47,504 nt of DNA from an uncultured Methanosarcinales archaeon (GCA_964510025.1 CAZDZV010000012.1:1-47504); one strand, 5' to 3'. Positions 8,714 through 19,857 are shown, counted from the stretch's first letter. Notes: generated by a model not told the origin, from the letters alone. Translations and numbers: made by a program.

Positions 8714-10372
8714 TTATTTAAAAATATGTTGGTTTGAACATATCAGTTTTTCCAGCTTGCCCTCTAATTCAGCTATCTTGACCCTTATCTGTTTTGTAGT
8801 GTCTCTGTCCCTTATCGTAACAGATTTATCCTTCAATGTGTCAAAATCAACTGTTATGCAGTAGGGAATTCCGGTCTCATCAGCCCGCGCATACCGCCTG
8901 CCCACGCTCCCAGATTTGTCATAGACAGCTGAAAAATTATTTTTAATCATCTCAAAAACTTCTTTAGCTTGCTTTTGCAGCTTGTTGACCAGCGGGAATA
9001 CAGCTGCTTTCACAGGGGCTAGCCTGGGATCTATCTTCAGAACTGCATTTCCCCTTTCCTTGTCATCATGATATGCATCGAATAAGAAGGCAAGAAATGC
9101 CCTGTCTATCCCTTGGGAGGGCTCAGAAGCAACATGGGGCACTACCTTTTTCTTCGACTCTTCATCAAAATATTCCAAGCTGGACTGCGAAGATTTCATG
9201 TGCTGCTTCAGGTCAAACTGCCCCCTGTCTGCATTGCCATGTATCTCTTTCCAGCCAAAAGGAAACCTGTATTCAATATCAAAGCATGCAGATGCATAAT
9301 GCGCTAATTCACCCTTGAGGTGCTCCCTTAACCTAAGGTTTTCCTTGTCTATCCCATAGTCAATGAAGAATTTATAGAACTGTGCAAGCCAATAGGCATG
9401 CCAAGGCGAAGCTATCTTCTTTTCTATAATGTCGTTCACAGCCACCTTGCTGTGTTCTTCATTCTTTTCCTGATTTTCAGCAGTCAGAAGCTGCACTTCC
9501 ATCTCCATCATTTTCGGCGCTTCCACACTATCAGGATTCACAAAATACTCAATCTCAAACTGTTCAAATTCCCTTGACCTGAATAAGAAATCCCTGGGGC
9601 TGATCTCATTTCTGAAGGCCTTGCCAGCCTGGGCTATGCCAAAGGGAAGCTTCTTCCTTGCCGAGTCCATCACCAATTTAAAGTTTGTAAATATTACCTG
9701 GGCAGTCTCTGGCCTGAGATATGCCCTACTGTCAGAGAAAGGGCCTACCTGCGTCTCAAACATAAGGTTGAACTTTCCTTGGTTTTCCAGATCAGAACCG
9801 CATTTCGGGCATTTCATTCCTCTATCATCATCACCTTTCATCAGGATCTTACATCCGTCGCACCTGTAGATATAGTCGGTAAAGCTGTCCACATGCCCAG
9901 ATGCCTGCCATACCTTTGGATGGGTTATGATTGTTCCGTCTATCCCCACAATATCCTCCCTGCTCTGGACAAAGGTTTTCCATAAAGCTCCCTTAATATT
10001 GTTCTTAAGCTCAACTCCTAAAGGTCCGTAGTCAAAAAAACCAGAATAACCGCCATATATCTCTGAGTTAGGAAATACAAATCCTTTCTTCTTGCAGAAT
10101 ATGGCCATATCGTTTATCGAAAGCATACTGCTGGAGATTCTCCCTGTTTTAAATAACTTTTCTTTAGGTACTACAGAACCATTTTCCTTTGATTTATTTT
10201 TAGGCCCTACATTTCTCTCAATCTGCCTGATTTTTTTCTTAATATCCTCTTTTGTAGGTCTTTTCTTGCCAAAATAAGCGATATTTTTTGATATTACCCT
10301 AGCTCCCTTTCTGATTGATTTTCGCAGATAGAAATAATCTTTTCCATTGATAGTCTTCTTGACAACATACAT
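8714..10372 (-). CDS. glyS: Glycine--tRNA ligase (homodimeric type) with an atypical 82-aa basic N-terminal extension
   Basis: FFDYGPLG, YLRPETAQ, FRNEISPR, ELAHYA, EPSQGIDR and the anticodon-binding domain; core begins at Met83 (10126). Confidence 0.95.
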   Translation of the reverse strand: MYVVKKTINGKDYFYLRKSIRKGARVISKNIAYFGKKRPTKEDIKKKIRQIERNVGPKNKSKENGSVVPKEKLFKTGRISSSMLSINDMAIFCKKKGFVFPNSEIYGGYSGFFDYGPLGVELKNNIKGALWKTFVQSREDIVGIDGTIITHPKVWQASGHVDSFTDYIYRCDGCKILMKGDDDRGMKCPKCGSDLENQGKFNLMFETQVGPFSDSRAYLRPETAQVIFTNFKLVMDSARKKLPFGIAQAGKAFRNEISPRDFLFRSREFEQFEIEYFVNPDSVEAPKMMEMEVQLLTAENQEKNEEHSKVAVNDIIEKKIASPWHAYWLAQFYKFFIDYGIDKENLRLREHLKGELAHYASACFDIEYRFPFGWKEIHGNADRGQFDLKQHMKSSQSSLEYFDEESKKKVVPHVASEPSQGIDRAFLAFLFDAYHDDKERGNAVLKIDPRLAPVKAAVFPLVNKLQKQAKEVFEMIKNNFSAVYDKSGSVGRRYARADETGIPYCITVDFDTLKDKSVTIRDRDTTKQIRVKIAELEGKLEKLICSNQHIFK

Positions 10373-10392
10373 AAGGTTATTTAGGCACTACA
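10163..10392. repeat. Three direct copies of the 13-bp motif TTTAGGnnCTACA (10163-10175, 10199-10211, 10380-10392)
   Basis: tttaggtactaca / tttaggccctaca / tttaggcactaca read directly from the sequence. Confidence 0.85.
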
Positions 10393-10418
10393 TATATATA
10401 AATATTTGGGTACATGAT

Positions 10419-11615
10419 TTACTTATTTTTTAACCACTTAATCTCTTCTTTATCTAGGTCCAGATAATCAGCAATAGCTTTAGCCATCTCCTTGTTCTTC
10501 CTGAATATCACCCTGAAATATTCTATATCCTTTATCACATCATTTGTAGAGCTATGTGTTTTTTCCCCTATCTTTGCTGCAATAGCTCTCTTTTTCAAAG
10601 ATTTTTGTTTGGCCCACCACATCTTGAGGAGCCTTCCGGTTGGTTTGTACTGGACCATCTTCTTGTATTTTTCATCCTTGCTTACAGCCACACCAGCTGT
10701 CAAAAGAGCATTTATGTAGACTAGAAATCTCCAATGCTGCCATCTTCTAATCCTTCTCCTGAATATATCTGCCTTGCTTAGCTTATCATAGGCTCTTGCC
10801 AGGTCTTCAGCTTTTTCATATTCTCTTGGAAGGTTTGCGTCTATCCAAAGAAACTGGTCATCGACATTTTCCCTTACATTATCAAATGCGGTGATGGCTA
10901 TCTTGGGATCTGTTGTCTTGAATATCCTTACCAAAGCGCTTGGCATGGATTCCTCTCTGTCCCTGTCAACCATCTCATCCAGGCTCTTAAGCTCCTTGCC
11001 GGGGCCAATAAGCATCTGCAAGTCATTGATTGCAGACCTGCAGTCACCCCCCGCCCTTCTTGCCAGGCTTTTCAGGATATCTGGCTTGTATTTTATTTTT
11101 TCCTTGTCACATATCTCCTTGAGCACCTCAAAAATAGCAGAATAGCCCATCGGCCGGAACTCCACCAAGCTGCACCTTCTTCTTAGCTTGTTGAATTTAT
11201 AATCCCATGGATTCTGGCATGTTAAAATTATTGGAAATGTGGTGTCCCCGATGAGCTTTATCAGCGCCTGTATGCCTCCTCTGTCCTTGTTGCCTGACAG
11301 GCCATCAACCTCATCTATTAGGATCAGTTTTCCTTTTGAAAACAGGCTTTGCTGTTTCACTGCAGAACCGACTTTCTGGTTTATCTGGTCCTTGTTTCTG
11401 AAGTCGCTGGCGTTTACCTCCACGATCTCTAGCTCATTATCATTGGTCAGAGCATAAACCGAGCTTGTCTTTCCGCTTCCGCTGGGCCCATATAGCAGAA
11501 GGGCTTTTTTCTTCTGTCCACCAGAAATAAATCTTTTTATCTGTTTAAGCGCCTCATCCTGTCCTTTTATCTCAGCCAAAGAGGCAGGCTGATATTTTTT
11601 TGTAAAAGGAATCAT
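10419..11615 (-). CDS. rfcL: Replication factor C large subunit
   Basis: KYQP box, GPSGSGKT, EVNASDFR, LIDEVDGL, GDCRSAINDL. Confidence 0.92.
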   Translation of the reverse strand: MIPFTKKYQPASLAEIKGQDEALKQIKRFISGGQKKKALLLYGPSGSGKTSSVYALTNDNELEIVEVNASDFRNKDQINQKVGSAVKQQSLFSKGKLILIDEVDGLSGNKDRGGIQALIKLIGDTTFPIILTCQNPWDYKFNKLRRRCSLVEFRPMGYSAIFEVLKEICDKEKIKYKPDILKSLARRAGGDCRSAINDLQMLIGPGKELKSLDEMVDRDREESMPSALVRIFKTTDPKIAITAFDNVRENVDDQFLWIDANLPREYEKAEDLARAYDKLSKADIFRRRIRRWQHWRFLVYINALLTAGVAVSKDEKYKKMVQYKPTGRLLKMWWAKQKSLKKRAIAAKIGEKTHSSTNDVIKDIEYFRVIFRKNKEMAKAIADYLDLDKEEIKWLKNK

Positions 11616-11694
11616 CTGTATGGTAAACAGTAACAACTTTATTAATCTTCTGCTAATAACAAACTTTATAAATCTGCCATAACCTCAACTGACT

Positions 11695-12792
11695 ATGACA
11701 TTGACCGCTGACCAAAGGTATAAGCTGAAGAAGTTTGTTAAGGAATTATCGAAGTATAAGGGCAGGCACACAGAGCTTGTCTCAGTTTATATTCCCCAGG
11801 GCTACGACATCATTAAGATAATCCAGCATCTTGACCAGGAAAAAGGCACAGCGACGAACATTAAGTCGGCCACTACAAGAAAGAATGTTATAGATGCCCT
11901 GGAAAAGATGACCCAGCACCTCAGGATATTCAAGAGGACGCCCGAACATGGTCTTGCTGTCTTTTCCGGAAATATCGCTTCACAGGAAGGTAAAAAGGAT
12001 TTCCAGGTGTGGAGCATCGAGCCCCCTTTGCCTGTCAAGACCAGGATTTACCGGTGTGACAAGGAATTTGTCTTGGGGCTTCTTGAAGATATGCTTGACA
12101 CAAAAGAAGTCTATGGTTTAGTTGTGATGGACAGACGAGACGCCCATATTGCGCATCTTAAGGGAAAGACAATAGTCCCTTTGTTGAAGACCCATTCAGA
12201 GGTGCCAGGCAAATTCAAGGCAGGAGGGCAATCTGCTCAAAGGTTTGCCAGGAACAGGGAATTGGCTGCTAAGGCGCATTATAAAAAGGTAGCAGAGTAT
12301 GTAAAAGAAAAGTTTTTAGGTGATCAAAACCTTAAAGGGATCATCGTGGGCGGCCCAGGCCCGACAAAGTATGACTTTGTCGAAGGAGGCTTTATAACAA
12401 ATGAGGTAAAGAAAAAGATAATCGCCATAAAGGACCTGAGCTATACAGGTGATTTTGGCCTGCAGGAGCTCGTAGACAAAAGCCAGGATGTTCTTGCAGA
12501 AGAGGAGATTGCAGATGAAAAGGCAGTGATGGGAAAATTCTTTGATATTCTTTCCAAAAAACCCGGCGAAGTAAGCTACGGTGAAGCTGAGGTGATGAGA
12601 AACCTTAAGATCGGCGCAGTTGATATCTTGCTCCTTTCTGAAGAGCTGGACGAAAAGAAAGTGGAGGAATTTGAGAAGGAGGCAGAAGCAGTAGGGACGA
12701 CTGTAAAGATAATATCCACTGAGACAAGAGAAGGCGTACAGCTGAGGGATATAGGCAAGGTGGCTGCTATACTAAGATATGAGGTAAAATAA
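11695..12792 (+). CDS. prf1: Peptide chain release factor aRF1
   Basis: NIKS, YRCD and GGQS motifs. Confidence 0.96.
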   Translation: MTLTADQRYKLKKFVKELSKYKGRHTELVSVYIPQGYDIIKIIQHLDQEKGTATNIKSATTRKNVIDALEKMTQHLRIFKRTPEHGLAVFSGNIASQEGKKDFQVWSIEPPLPVKTRIYRCDKEFVLGLLEDMLDTKEVYGLVVMDRRDAHIAHLKGKTIVPLLKTHSEVPGKFKAGGQSAQRFARNRELAAKAHYKKVAEYVKEKFLGDQNLKGIIVGGPGPTKYDFVEGGFITNEVKKKIIAIKDLSYTGDFGLQELVDKSQDVLAEEEIADEKAVMGKFFDILSKKPGEVSYGEAEVMRNLKIGAVDILLLSEELDEKKVEEFEKEAEAVGTTVKIISTETREGVQLRDIGKVAAILRYEVK

Positions 12793-12794
12793 GC

Positions 12795-14465
12795 TTAGAT
12801 GTCTCTAACCAAAGAAGGAACAAACCCATAGCTGACTGAAGCTAGCACCTTGGCTTTATACAGTTCAGCTGATCTTGAATTCTTTATTAGTTTTATCTGA
12901 TCATCCACCTCAATCTCGCTGTAGTACATGTTCCATGGATGGTCCAGGACAATGATGTCATCATACCACCATCCAAGCTGCACCAAAAAAGAGCCAGGAG
13001 CATGCGCCAGCGTATATGCCCTGATGGGTTTGCCTTCTGCTCCCTCACCTGAATAAGAATCCTCATTTGAAGCATACTCATACCCTAAGGAGCCAAGGAC
13101 TTCAGCATTGACTTCTACATCATCCCCTATCAGGCTGAGATAAGGTCCCCGGAAGCCCACTACATCTGTTTCAAATTTTTCTTCCAGAAACTTCCTGGAA
13201 GCATTAGCTTCTTCCTTGTCCCTGTCAATATCTTTGCCAAGCAAGGAATGATGATATGTGTGGGATCCAATCTCGATGAATCCCGAATCAACCAGCCGTT
13301 GGATGCGGTCGACAATATCAGGTTCAAGCTCTTCATAAACGCTTACTTCATAACCCACCATATAAAATGTCGCTGGGATTCCATAATCTTCTGAGATATC
13401 CAGTATAAGGTCAATACCGCTGAGCCCGGATACCCAGGGCCATCCTGTCTCATCACCGACAATTTCACTGAACCAGGGATTAATGTCAGCATCAGCGCAC
13501 ACAGGATTTTCAGCATGCCTTAGAAAAACTGGATCGCTGCAGGGGCTGATGCCTGTTTCCTGATGCACATATCTTCCAGATTCAATATCATACGAAAATG
13601 CAATATCGCTTTTTCTGAGCCGCTGGTTAAGCTCAGAATCAACATAAGCTTTGCCGTCCAGCATATCACCGTAGTCTTCTCCGCCGTAGCTGTATTCTTT
13701 TCCCTTTAATACAAAATAAACTGGCTCTAAGCCGCTCTTAATATATGCCTCCTCTTCTGCCAGCAATAACAGCATATCCCCCAAGGATAAGACCTCATCC
13801 TGGTAATATAGGTAATACTGCTTTGGATGGCCTTTAAAATTAAGATCTATTGCATCCTGCATATCAAGATAATCCCGGTAAAAATTTTTTACAAAGCTAA
13901 ATTCCTCCAAAGACAGGAATATGGCATTCTTAGGCTCCAGATACCTGGCTCCGATATCATCTCCTTCAATGAGAAAATCCTCTAGGAAATCTTCTGTCTC
14001 CGCCCTGACAGCATAGAAGCCAAAATCCAGAACAGGCGGCTTTGAAAAACTTGCATTGACTTGCTCACCCTGTATAGTGACACCTTCAACAGTTATAGAC
14101 GGCAACAGCCTGACTGTCCCGGTCGGTTCATAATACCCAACATCTAAGTCAACCTTTTTTGGGCTTAATTCAATCCTCTGCTCAGATACGGCTTTATATG
14201 AAACCAACCTGTTCATCAACAGGGCTGATTCGTTCTGATAGCCATAAGAACTTACCTTGATCTCATATTCACCGCTAGGCAGGAGAAATTTAGTGTTGTT
14301 GCCAAAAACAGATCTTACTCTGTTATTATTCCAATATACCTCGATATTTGAATTTACAGCATCACCCTTCTCATTTACCACATCTATTCTTAGAGAAAAA
14401 GGAAAAAAGTATCCCAGAACAAACAATGAGCATAATACAGCTAATATGGCTATTACCTTTCTCAT
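12795..14465 (-). CDS. Membrane-anchored polysaccharide deacetylase (NodB-homology) domain protein
   Basis: N-terminal TM, beta-rich linker domains, FSYDIE / IPATFY / EIGSHTYHH / GFRGPY motifs. Confidence 0.75.
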   Translation of the reverse strand: MRKVIAILAVLCSLFVLGYFFPFSLRIDVVNEKGDAVNSNIEVYWNNNRVRSVFGNNTKFLLPSGEYEIKVSSYGYQNESALLMNRLVSYKAVSEQRIELSPKKVDLDVGYYEPTGTVRLLPSITVEGVTIQGEQVNASFSKPPVLDFGFYAVRAETEDFLEDFLIEGDDIGARYLEPKNAIFLSLEEFSFVKNFYRDYLDMQDAIDLNFKGHPKQYYLYYQDEVLSLGDMLLLLAEEEAYIKSGLEPVYFVLKGKEYSYGGEDYGDMLDGKAYVDSELNQRLRKSDIAFSYDIESGRYVHQETGISPCSDPVFLRHAENPVCADADINPWFSEIVGDETGWPWVSGLSGIDLILDISEDYGIPATFYMVGYEVSVYEELEPDIVDRIQRLVDSGFIEIGSHTYHHSLLGKDIDRDKEEANASRKFLEEKFETDVVGFRGPYLSLIGDDVEVNAEVLGSLGYEYASNEDSYSGEGAEGKPIRAYTLAHAPGSFLVQLGWWYDDIIVLDHPWNMYYSEIEVDDQIKLIKNSRSAELYKAKVLASVSYGFVPSLVRDI

Positions 14466-14540
14466 CAGCAAATAGCAATCTTTTTTGCTATTTAATCATT
14501 TGTAAAAAAATTTATTAATAAGGCACATTCTCCTAAAAAA

Positions 14541-15197
14541 ATGCTCAAAAAAGCTGTAGCTGAGTTATACGAAAATTTCCCTTTTGAAACAAGGTTGAAC
14601 TATTCTGGGAAGTTCAAGCCCTATAGGGCAAATGTCAGGTTAAGGCAGAATATATTGACATTCAGCCTTTCCAAAACATGGAAATCGATCTCAGAGGAGA
14701 TCCAGATAGGATTGATACAGGAGCTGCTTCTCAAGATCCTTAGAAAAAAGCTTAAGCCTATCAAAACAACGACAGGTTCAATGGAGCTGTACAGCATATT
14801 CTTGAAAAAGGTCCATCTGGGCATACCGAAGACAAAAAAAGATCCCATACTGGAAAATTCATTTGATCGTGTGAATGAGAAATATTTCTATGGCCTGATG
14901 GAGACCCCTAACCTGGTTTGGGGCAATAAATCATCAACAAAATTCGGGCAATATGAATATGGCACAGATACCATAACCATAAATCCTCTTCTTAAGGGAG
15001 AGCTCCTGGATTATGTTATGTATCATGAGATGCTCCATAAAAAGCATAAGTTCAGGAGCAAGAACGGCAGGTCTTATCACCATACAAAAGAATTCAGGAA
15101 AAGCGAAAAGCAGTTTGAGAATTCAGAAGAGATGGAAAGGCAGCTTAGCCGCTTAGCCAGGCGTAGCATGATAAAAAGGGCTTTTTTTGGTTTCTAA
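14541..15197 (+). CDS. SprT/YgjP-like zinc metalloprotease domain protein
   Basis: DYVMYHEMLHKKH (HExxH) and downstream HHTKEF. Confidence 0.75.
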   Translation: MLKKAVAELYENFPFETRLNYSGKFKPYRANVRLRQNILTFSLSKTWKSISEEIQIGLIQELLLKILRKKLKPIKTTTGSMELYSIFLKKVHLGIPKTKKDPILENSFDRVNEKYFYGLMETPNLVWGNKSSTKFGQYEYGTDTITINPLLKGELLDYVMYHEMLHKKHKFRSKNGRSYHHTKEFRKSEKQFENSEEMERQLSRLARRSMIKRAFFGF

Positions 15198-15246
15198 AGA
15201 CCAAAACCTTTAAATATAATCCAGATTCACCAAAAACTGTGATATT

Positions 15247-15456
15247 ATGGCTGAGAAATACCTGCCACTGGCTGCTATGGAAAAGATCATGAAGAAATCA
15301 GGAGCTGATCGCGTTTCTGATAAGGCAAAGGCGGCATTAAAAGAGATAATGGAAGAAAAGGCCAGGATTATAGCGGAGAAAGCTGTTAAGCTGGCCCTGC
15401 ATGCAGGTAGAAAGACTATAAAGGCTGATGATATTAAATTAGCTTCTCGTCAATAA
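15247..15456 (+). CDS. Archaeal histone (HMf family)
   Basis: [11 protein letters not shown]...RVS...[12 protein letters not shown]. Confidence 0.95.
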   Translation: MAEKYLPLAAMEKIMKKSGADRVSDKAKAALKEIMEEKARIIAEKAVKLALHAGRKTIKADDIKLASRQ

Positions 15457-15468
15457 TAAGGTGATATA

Positions 15469-15861
15469 ATGGCTACAAAACCAGTTAGTGTAGGGACGCT
15501 CCAGAAAGGCAGCTATGTTGTCATAGATGGTGCAGCCTGCAGGGTTAACAGTACCCAGACCTCAAGGCCCGGAAAACATGGTCATGCAAAGGTCCGACTG
15601 GAAGCCATAGGCCTGATTGACAATAAGAAAAGAGTTATCGTAGCGCCAGGCCATGATAATATACAGGTTCCTATAATCGAGAAGAAAAATGCTCAGGTTC
15701 TTTCTGTGCAGGACAACACAGCAAATGTGATGGACACAGAATCCTATGAGACCTTCGACCTGGCTATACCAGATGACCTTAAAGGGCAGATAACAGAAGG
15801 CATTACTGTTCTATACTGGATAGTGATGGACAAAAAAGTAATGAAGCAGGTGAAGAGTTAA
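15469..15861 (+). CDS. eif5a: Translation factor aIF5A
   Basis: SRPGKHGHAK hypusine motif; GGTGA RBS. Confidence 0.96.
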   Translation: MATKPVSVGTLQKGSYVVIDGAACRVNSTQTSRPGKHGHAKVRLEAIGLIDNKKRVIVAPGHDNIQVPIIEKKNAQVLSVQDNTANVMDTESYETFDLAIPDDLKGQITEGITVLYWIVMDKKVMKQVKS

Positions 15862-15862
15862 A

Positions 15863-16024
15863 ATGGCAAAATTTCCCGAAGCAGAAGCAAGATTATTCCA
15901 TCGCGTATTTGTCTGCAAGAAATGCAAGACAAAGCAAAGAGCCCCCAATCTCAAGGTTTTGGCCGGGAAGATTACCTGCAAAAAATGCGGCTCAAGCGCT
16001 TTCAGGCCAGTAAGGAAGAAATAG
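15863..16024 (+). CDS. rpl40e: 50S ribosomal protein L40e, 53 aa; missing from the ORF track
   Basis: MAKFPEAEARLFHRVFVCKKCK...CKKCGSSAFRPVRKK. Confidence 0.9.
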   Translation: MAKFPEAEARLFHRVFVCKKCKTKQRAPNLKVLAGKITCKKCGSSAFRPVRKK

Positions 16025-16063
16025 CAAAACCTTTAAAAATAATTTCTACAAATTATAATCAAA

Positions 16064-17239
16064 ATGGAATTTTTGACGTTTTTGGATAGTTATAAAACAG
16101 TTATTATCTTTTATTCCCTTGTTGTTATTGTCATCTATCTTAATAGGAATAAGTTTCAGTTTGAGGGTAAGCTGCTCGCTCTTTACCGCACAAAGGTGGG
16201 GCTAGGGCTGATGGACAGGATTGCCAAAAGATATAAGGAATTCATCAGGCTGCTAGGATACTGCTCGCTGGGGATTGCATATGTGGGATTTTTCGCTGTT
16301 TTCTTTCTCTTAATGAAGGTTGCTGTAGATCTTGTTCTTCAAAGACCCGGGGCAGTGGGTGCCTCTCCTGTAGTGCCTGGGCTCCCAATAGCAGGCACCG
16401 GAATAGTCTTCCCCCTTATCATCGGCTGGATATCGCTTTTTGTGATAATCGTGGTGCATGAGTTCTCACATGGTCTGGTAGCGAGGTCATTTAATCTTAA
16501 GGTTCTCCATTCAGGAATTGTCTTTATCGGTCCGATACTGGGCGCATTTGTTGAGCCGGATGAAAAAGAGCTTGTAAGGAGGCCGGATATTGAGCAGTAT
16601 TCAGTTTTCGCAGCCGGTCCAGTATCTAATATATTCCTTTCGATAATAGCTGGAGCTATCATGGTATTCCTGCTTGTTCCGGCATTTGCGTCATTAAGCG
16701 AGCCTGCTGGTGTAAGGATAGAGATTCAGGAGGGCTATCCTGCACAAGCTGCATCGATCCCGCAGGATAGTATAGTCTCTTCAATTAATGGCATCCCTGT
16801 CCAGGATTTTGATAGCTTTATCAACGCATCAGCGACACTTCAGCCCAATCAGGACATCATCATTTCAGCAGAAGATAAGGACTATAAGCTTACCACTGCA
16901 GAAAATCCCAGCGATCCTCAGAAAGGGTATATGGGCGTCCTTCTGAAAGAAAACGTAAGGGAGGCCAAAAAAGGTTATGGTCTTTTGTTCTTCGTTCTCA
17001 GATGGTTTAGGGATCTTTTCTATTGGATAGCTTTTATTAGTATTAACATCGGACTGATCAACCTATTTCCTATTTTCATAACAGACGGAGCAAGGATGCT
17101 TAAGCTAACCTTGGAAAAGCTGGTAGCTGATAAGAAAAAAGCATTTGCCATCTGGAAAAACATAAACATGTTTTCCATCTTAATTTTGCTGCTTCTTATT
17201 TTCCTTCCTTTTCTAAGGTGGATCAGCACCCTGGTTTGA
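16064..17239 (+). CDS. Site-2 protease (M50) with PDZ domain
   Basis: [30 protein letters not shown]. Confidence 0.9.
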   Translation: MEFLTFLDSYKTVIIFYSLVVIVIYLNRNKFQFEGKLLALYRTKVGLGLMDRIAKRYKEFIRLLGYCSLGIAYVGFFAVFFLLMKVAVDLVLQRPGAVGASPVVPGLPIAGTGIVFPLIIGWISLFVIIVVHEFSHGLVARSFNLKVLHSGIVFIGPILGAFVEPDEKELVRRPDIEQYSVFAAGPVSNIFLSIIAGAIMVFLLVPAFASLSEPAGVRIEIQEGYPAQAASIPQDSIVSSINGIPVQDFDSFINASATLQPNQDIIISAEDKDYKLTTAENPSDPQKGYMGVLLKENVREAKKGYGLLFFVLRWFRDLFYWIAFISINIGLINLFPIFITDGARMLKLTLEKLVADKKKAFAIWKNINMFSILILLLLIFLPFLRWISTLV

Positions 17240-18614
17240 ACCTGAGCTCAGGCTCTCTTGCAGCCTTTACAGCATCTAATCTCTTGACAACAGTTGTATG
17301 TGGGGCTGTCTTGACAATATCCGGATCAGAATTAGCTTCATCCTTTATCTTTATCATAGCCTCAATGAAGCTGTCAAGCATCTCTTTTCCTTCTGTTTCA
17401 GTAGGCTCTATCATCATAGCCCCATGCACTATCAGGGGAAAATATACAGTAGGTGGGTGAAAGCCAAAATCCAGCAGCCTCTTGGCTATGTCATTTGTAC
17501 TGATCTCATTTGGCATACCTTCGTCAGAAATAACGAACTCATGCTTGCAAAGACCCTTATAAGGAAGCTTGTAGAATCTTTTTAGTCTTTCTTTCATATA
17601 GTTAGCATTAAGCACAGCGTTCTCAGCAACTTCTCTTAATCCTTCCGCTCCCAGCGCCTTGATGTATGCATAGGCTTTCACCAAAACTGAGAAATTTCCA
17701 TAAAAGGCTTTCACCTTCCCTATTGATTTGCTGTATCTTCCAAATACATATCTGCCCTTGTTTTTTTCTATTCTGGGATTAGGTAAGTAGTCTTCCAGAA
17801 ATTTTTTGACAGCAACCGGCCCGCTTCCAGGACCTCCTCCCCCATGTGGAGTTGAAAAGGTCTTGTGAAGATTCAGGTGCATAACATCTATCCCCATGTC
17901 AGCCGGCTTCAATATCCCTAATAGGGCATTCATATTAGCCCCGTCCATATAGACAATGCTTCCGTGTTCGTGCACCATGCGCGTTATTTCAAGGATCTTT
18001 TCTTCAAATATTCCAAGTGTGTTGGGTATTGTAAGCATTATGGCCGCCACATCATCATTTAGGTGTTCCTTAAGGTCTTTCATATCTATCTGGCCTTTGC
18101 TGTTGCTCTTAATGGTCACGGTCTTAAGTCCGCACATCGAAGACGAAGCAGGATTTGTTCCATGCGAAGAGTCAGGGGTAAGTATTATGTTCCTTGTGCC
18201 GCCAAAGTGCTTCTTTATCATCATCAGGCCTGTCAGTTCTCCATGTGCACCTGCTGATGGCTGCAGTGTGACAGCATCCATGCCTGTTATTCCCTTGAGT
18301 TCCTCACCTAAATCATACATTAGCTCCAATGCTCCCTGACTAAATGGGCTGTATGGGTGAAGATCTGAGAAACCTTCCGGCAGCTGTTCATTTATCTTAG
18401 GGTTATACTTCATTGTGCAGCTTCCCAATGGATAAAATCCGTTATCTACTCCAAAATTTCTCCTTGACAATTCTGTAAAATGCCTGATCACATCAAGTTC
18501 AGAAAGCTCAGGCAGCCTGACCTCCTTTTGAGGCATCTCTCTTTCTGGAACGTCCAGCTTGGGCAGGGATACTCCTTTCCTTCCTTTTATGCTTTTTTCA
18601 AATATCAGTTTCAT
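17223..18614 (-). CDS. gcvPB: Glycine dehydrogenase (decarboxylating) subunit 2
   Basis: [38 protein letters not shown]. Confidence 0.95.
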   Translation of the reverse strand: MKLIFEKSIKGRKGVSLPKLDVPEREMPQKEVRLPELSELDVIRHFTELSRRNFGVDNGFYPLGSCTMKYNPKINEQLPEGFSDLHPYSPFSQGALELMYDLGEELKGITGMDAVTLQPSAGAHGELTGLMMIKKHFGGTRNIILTPDSSHGTNPASSSMCGLKTVTIKSNSKGQIDMKDLKEHLNDDVAAIMLTIPNTLGIFEEKILEITRMVHEHGSIVYMDGANMNALLGILKPADMGIDVMHLNLHKTFSTPHGGGGPGSGPVAVKKFLEDYLPNPRIEKNKGRYVFGRYSKSIGKVKAFYGNFSVLVKAYAYIKALGAEGLREVAENAVLNANYMKERLKRFYKLPYKGLCKHEFVISDEGMPNEISTNDIAKRLLDFGFHPPTVYFPLIVHGAMMIEPTETEGKEMLDSFIEAMIKIKDEANSDPDIVKTAPHTTVVKRLDAVKAAREPELRFKPGC

Positions 18615-19857
18615 TTATTATATCAACCGCTCGGTCTATGTCCTGTTTTTTGATCATCTCTGTTACGCAGAAAAGCAGACAGCCTTTCATCTCAGGATAA
18701 AGCTTTTCCAGCTCTAATCCTCCAATTATACCATCCTTGAGCAGCGCCTCATTTACAGCTCGGGCATCTTTAACCCGGATGACAAATTCATTGTAGAAAT
18801 CATGGTCAAAAACCAGCTTTGTCTTAAGCAAATCAGCCATGTAGTGGGCTTTCTGCCAGTTAAGCTTGGTCAGCTCCCCTAAACCATTCTTTCCTAATAA
18901 TGCCAGCTGCACAGCAGCAGCCAAAGCGCATAATGCCTCATTCGAGCAGATATTGGAACATGCCCTTTCCCTCCTAATATGCTGCTCTCTGGCTTGAAGT
19001 GTTAATATAAATCCTTCCTCGCCCTCTGCATCTAAGGTTTTGCCTACCAGCCTGCCTGGAAGATATCTCTTATATTTATCCTTGGTCGCCATAATCCCCA
19101 GATATGGGCCCCCAAAGTGCAGGGCATTTCCGAAGCTCTGCCCCTCACCTACAACGATATCAGCCCCCTCTGTTTTCAGGAGGCCTAGGGAACTGGCCTC
19201 CACAACGCTCATTATGACTAATGCATTTCCTTTCTCTATTTTGCTTATGTCTTTGATATTCCCAAAAAAATCAGGATTTTGGATCAACAAGGCTGCCGTA
19301 TTTTCATCCGGTTCTTCAGTCTCTTCTAATAAAAAATCATGCGCTTCGCAATATGTCTTAACAACCTCCCTGTGTTCAGGATGCACTGATTTCGGCATTA
19401 CAACCTTTTTTTTTCTTGTTATGGTGCAGGCCATGATACATGCTTCTGCCAGCGCAGTTGCACCGTCATAGACAGATGCATTTGCGACATCCATCCCTGT
19501 AAGCTCAGCTATCATCGTCTGGTACTCATAGATCGCCTGCAACATTCCCTGGGACATTTCAGCTTGGTACGGTGTGTATGCTGTATAGAATTCTGACCGG
19601 GAAACAATATGCCTTACTGCAGCTGGAATAAAGTGGTTGTAGCTGCCAGCTCCTAGAAAAGAGACAAGCCCTGTCTTATTTTTTTTTGATAGCCTGCTAA
19701 TGCTGGCGGCCAACTCAGCCTCAGAGAGCCCATTTCCTGCCCCTTTCTTGAGGACTATCTCTTTCGGAATATCCCGGAAAAGAGCGTCAATGCCGCTGAC
19801 CCCTAATTCCTTGAGCATATCTTTCTTCTGAGCTTCTGTATTGCAGATGAAATTCAT
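18598..19857 (-). CDS. gcvPA: Glycine dehydrogenase (decarboxylating) subunit 1
   Basis: [32 protein letters not shown]. Confidence 0.95.
   Translation of the reverse strand: MNFICNTEAQKKDMLKELGVSGIDALFRDIPKEIVLKKGAGNGLSEAELAASISRLSKKNKTGLVSFLGAGSYNHFIPAAVRHIVSRSEFYTAYTPYQAEMSQGMLQAIYEYQTMIAELTGMDVANASVYDGATALAEACIMACTITRKKKVVMPKSVHPEHREVVKTYCEAHDFLLEETEEPDENTAALLIQNPDFFGNIKDISKIEKGNALVIMSVVEASSLGLLKTEGADIVVGEGQSFGNALHFGGPYLGIMATKDKYKRYLPGRLVGKTLDAEGEEGFILTLQAREQHIRRERACSNICSNEALCALAAAVQLALLGKNGLGELTKLNWQKAHYMADLLKTKLVFDHDFYNEFVIRVKDARAVNEALLKDGIIGGLELEKLYPEMKGCLLFCVTEMIKKQDIDRAVDIINETDI

Noticed and set aside
10127..10392. Intact IS element upstream of glyS
   Set aside because: No DDE or tyrosine catalytic domain and no terminal inverted repeats; only the small N-terminal module and direct repeats are present
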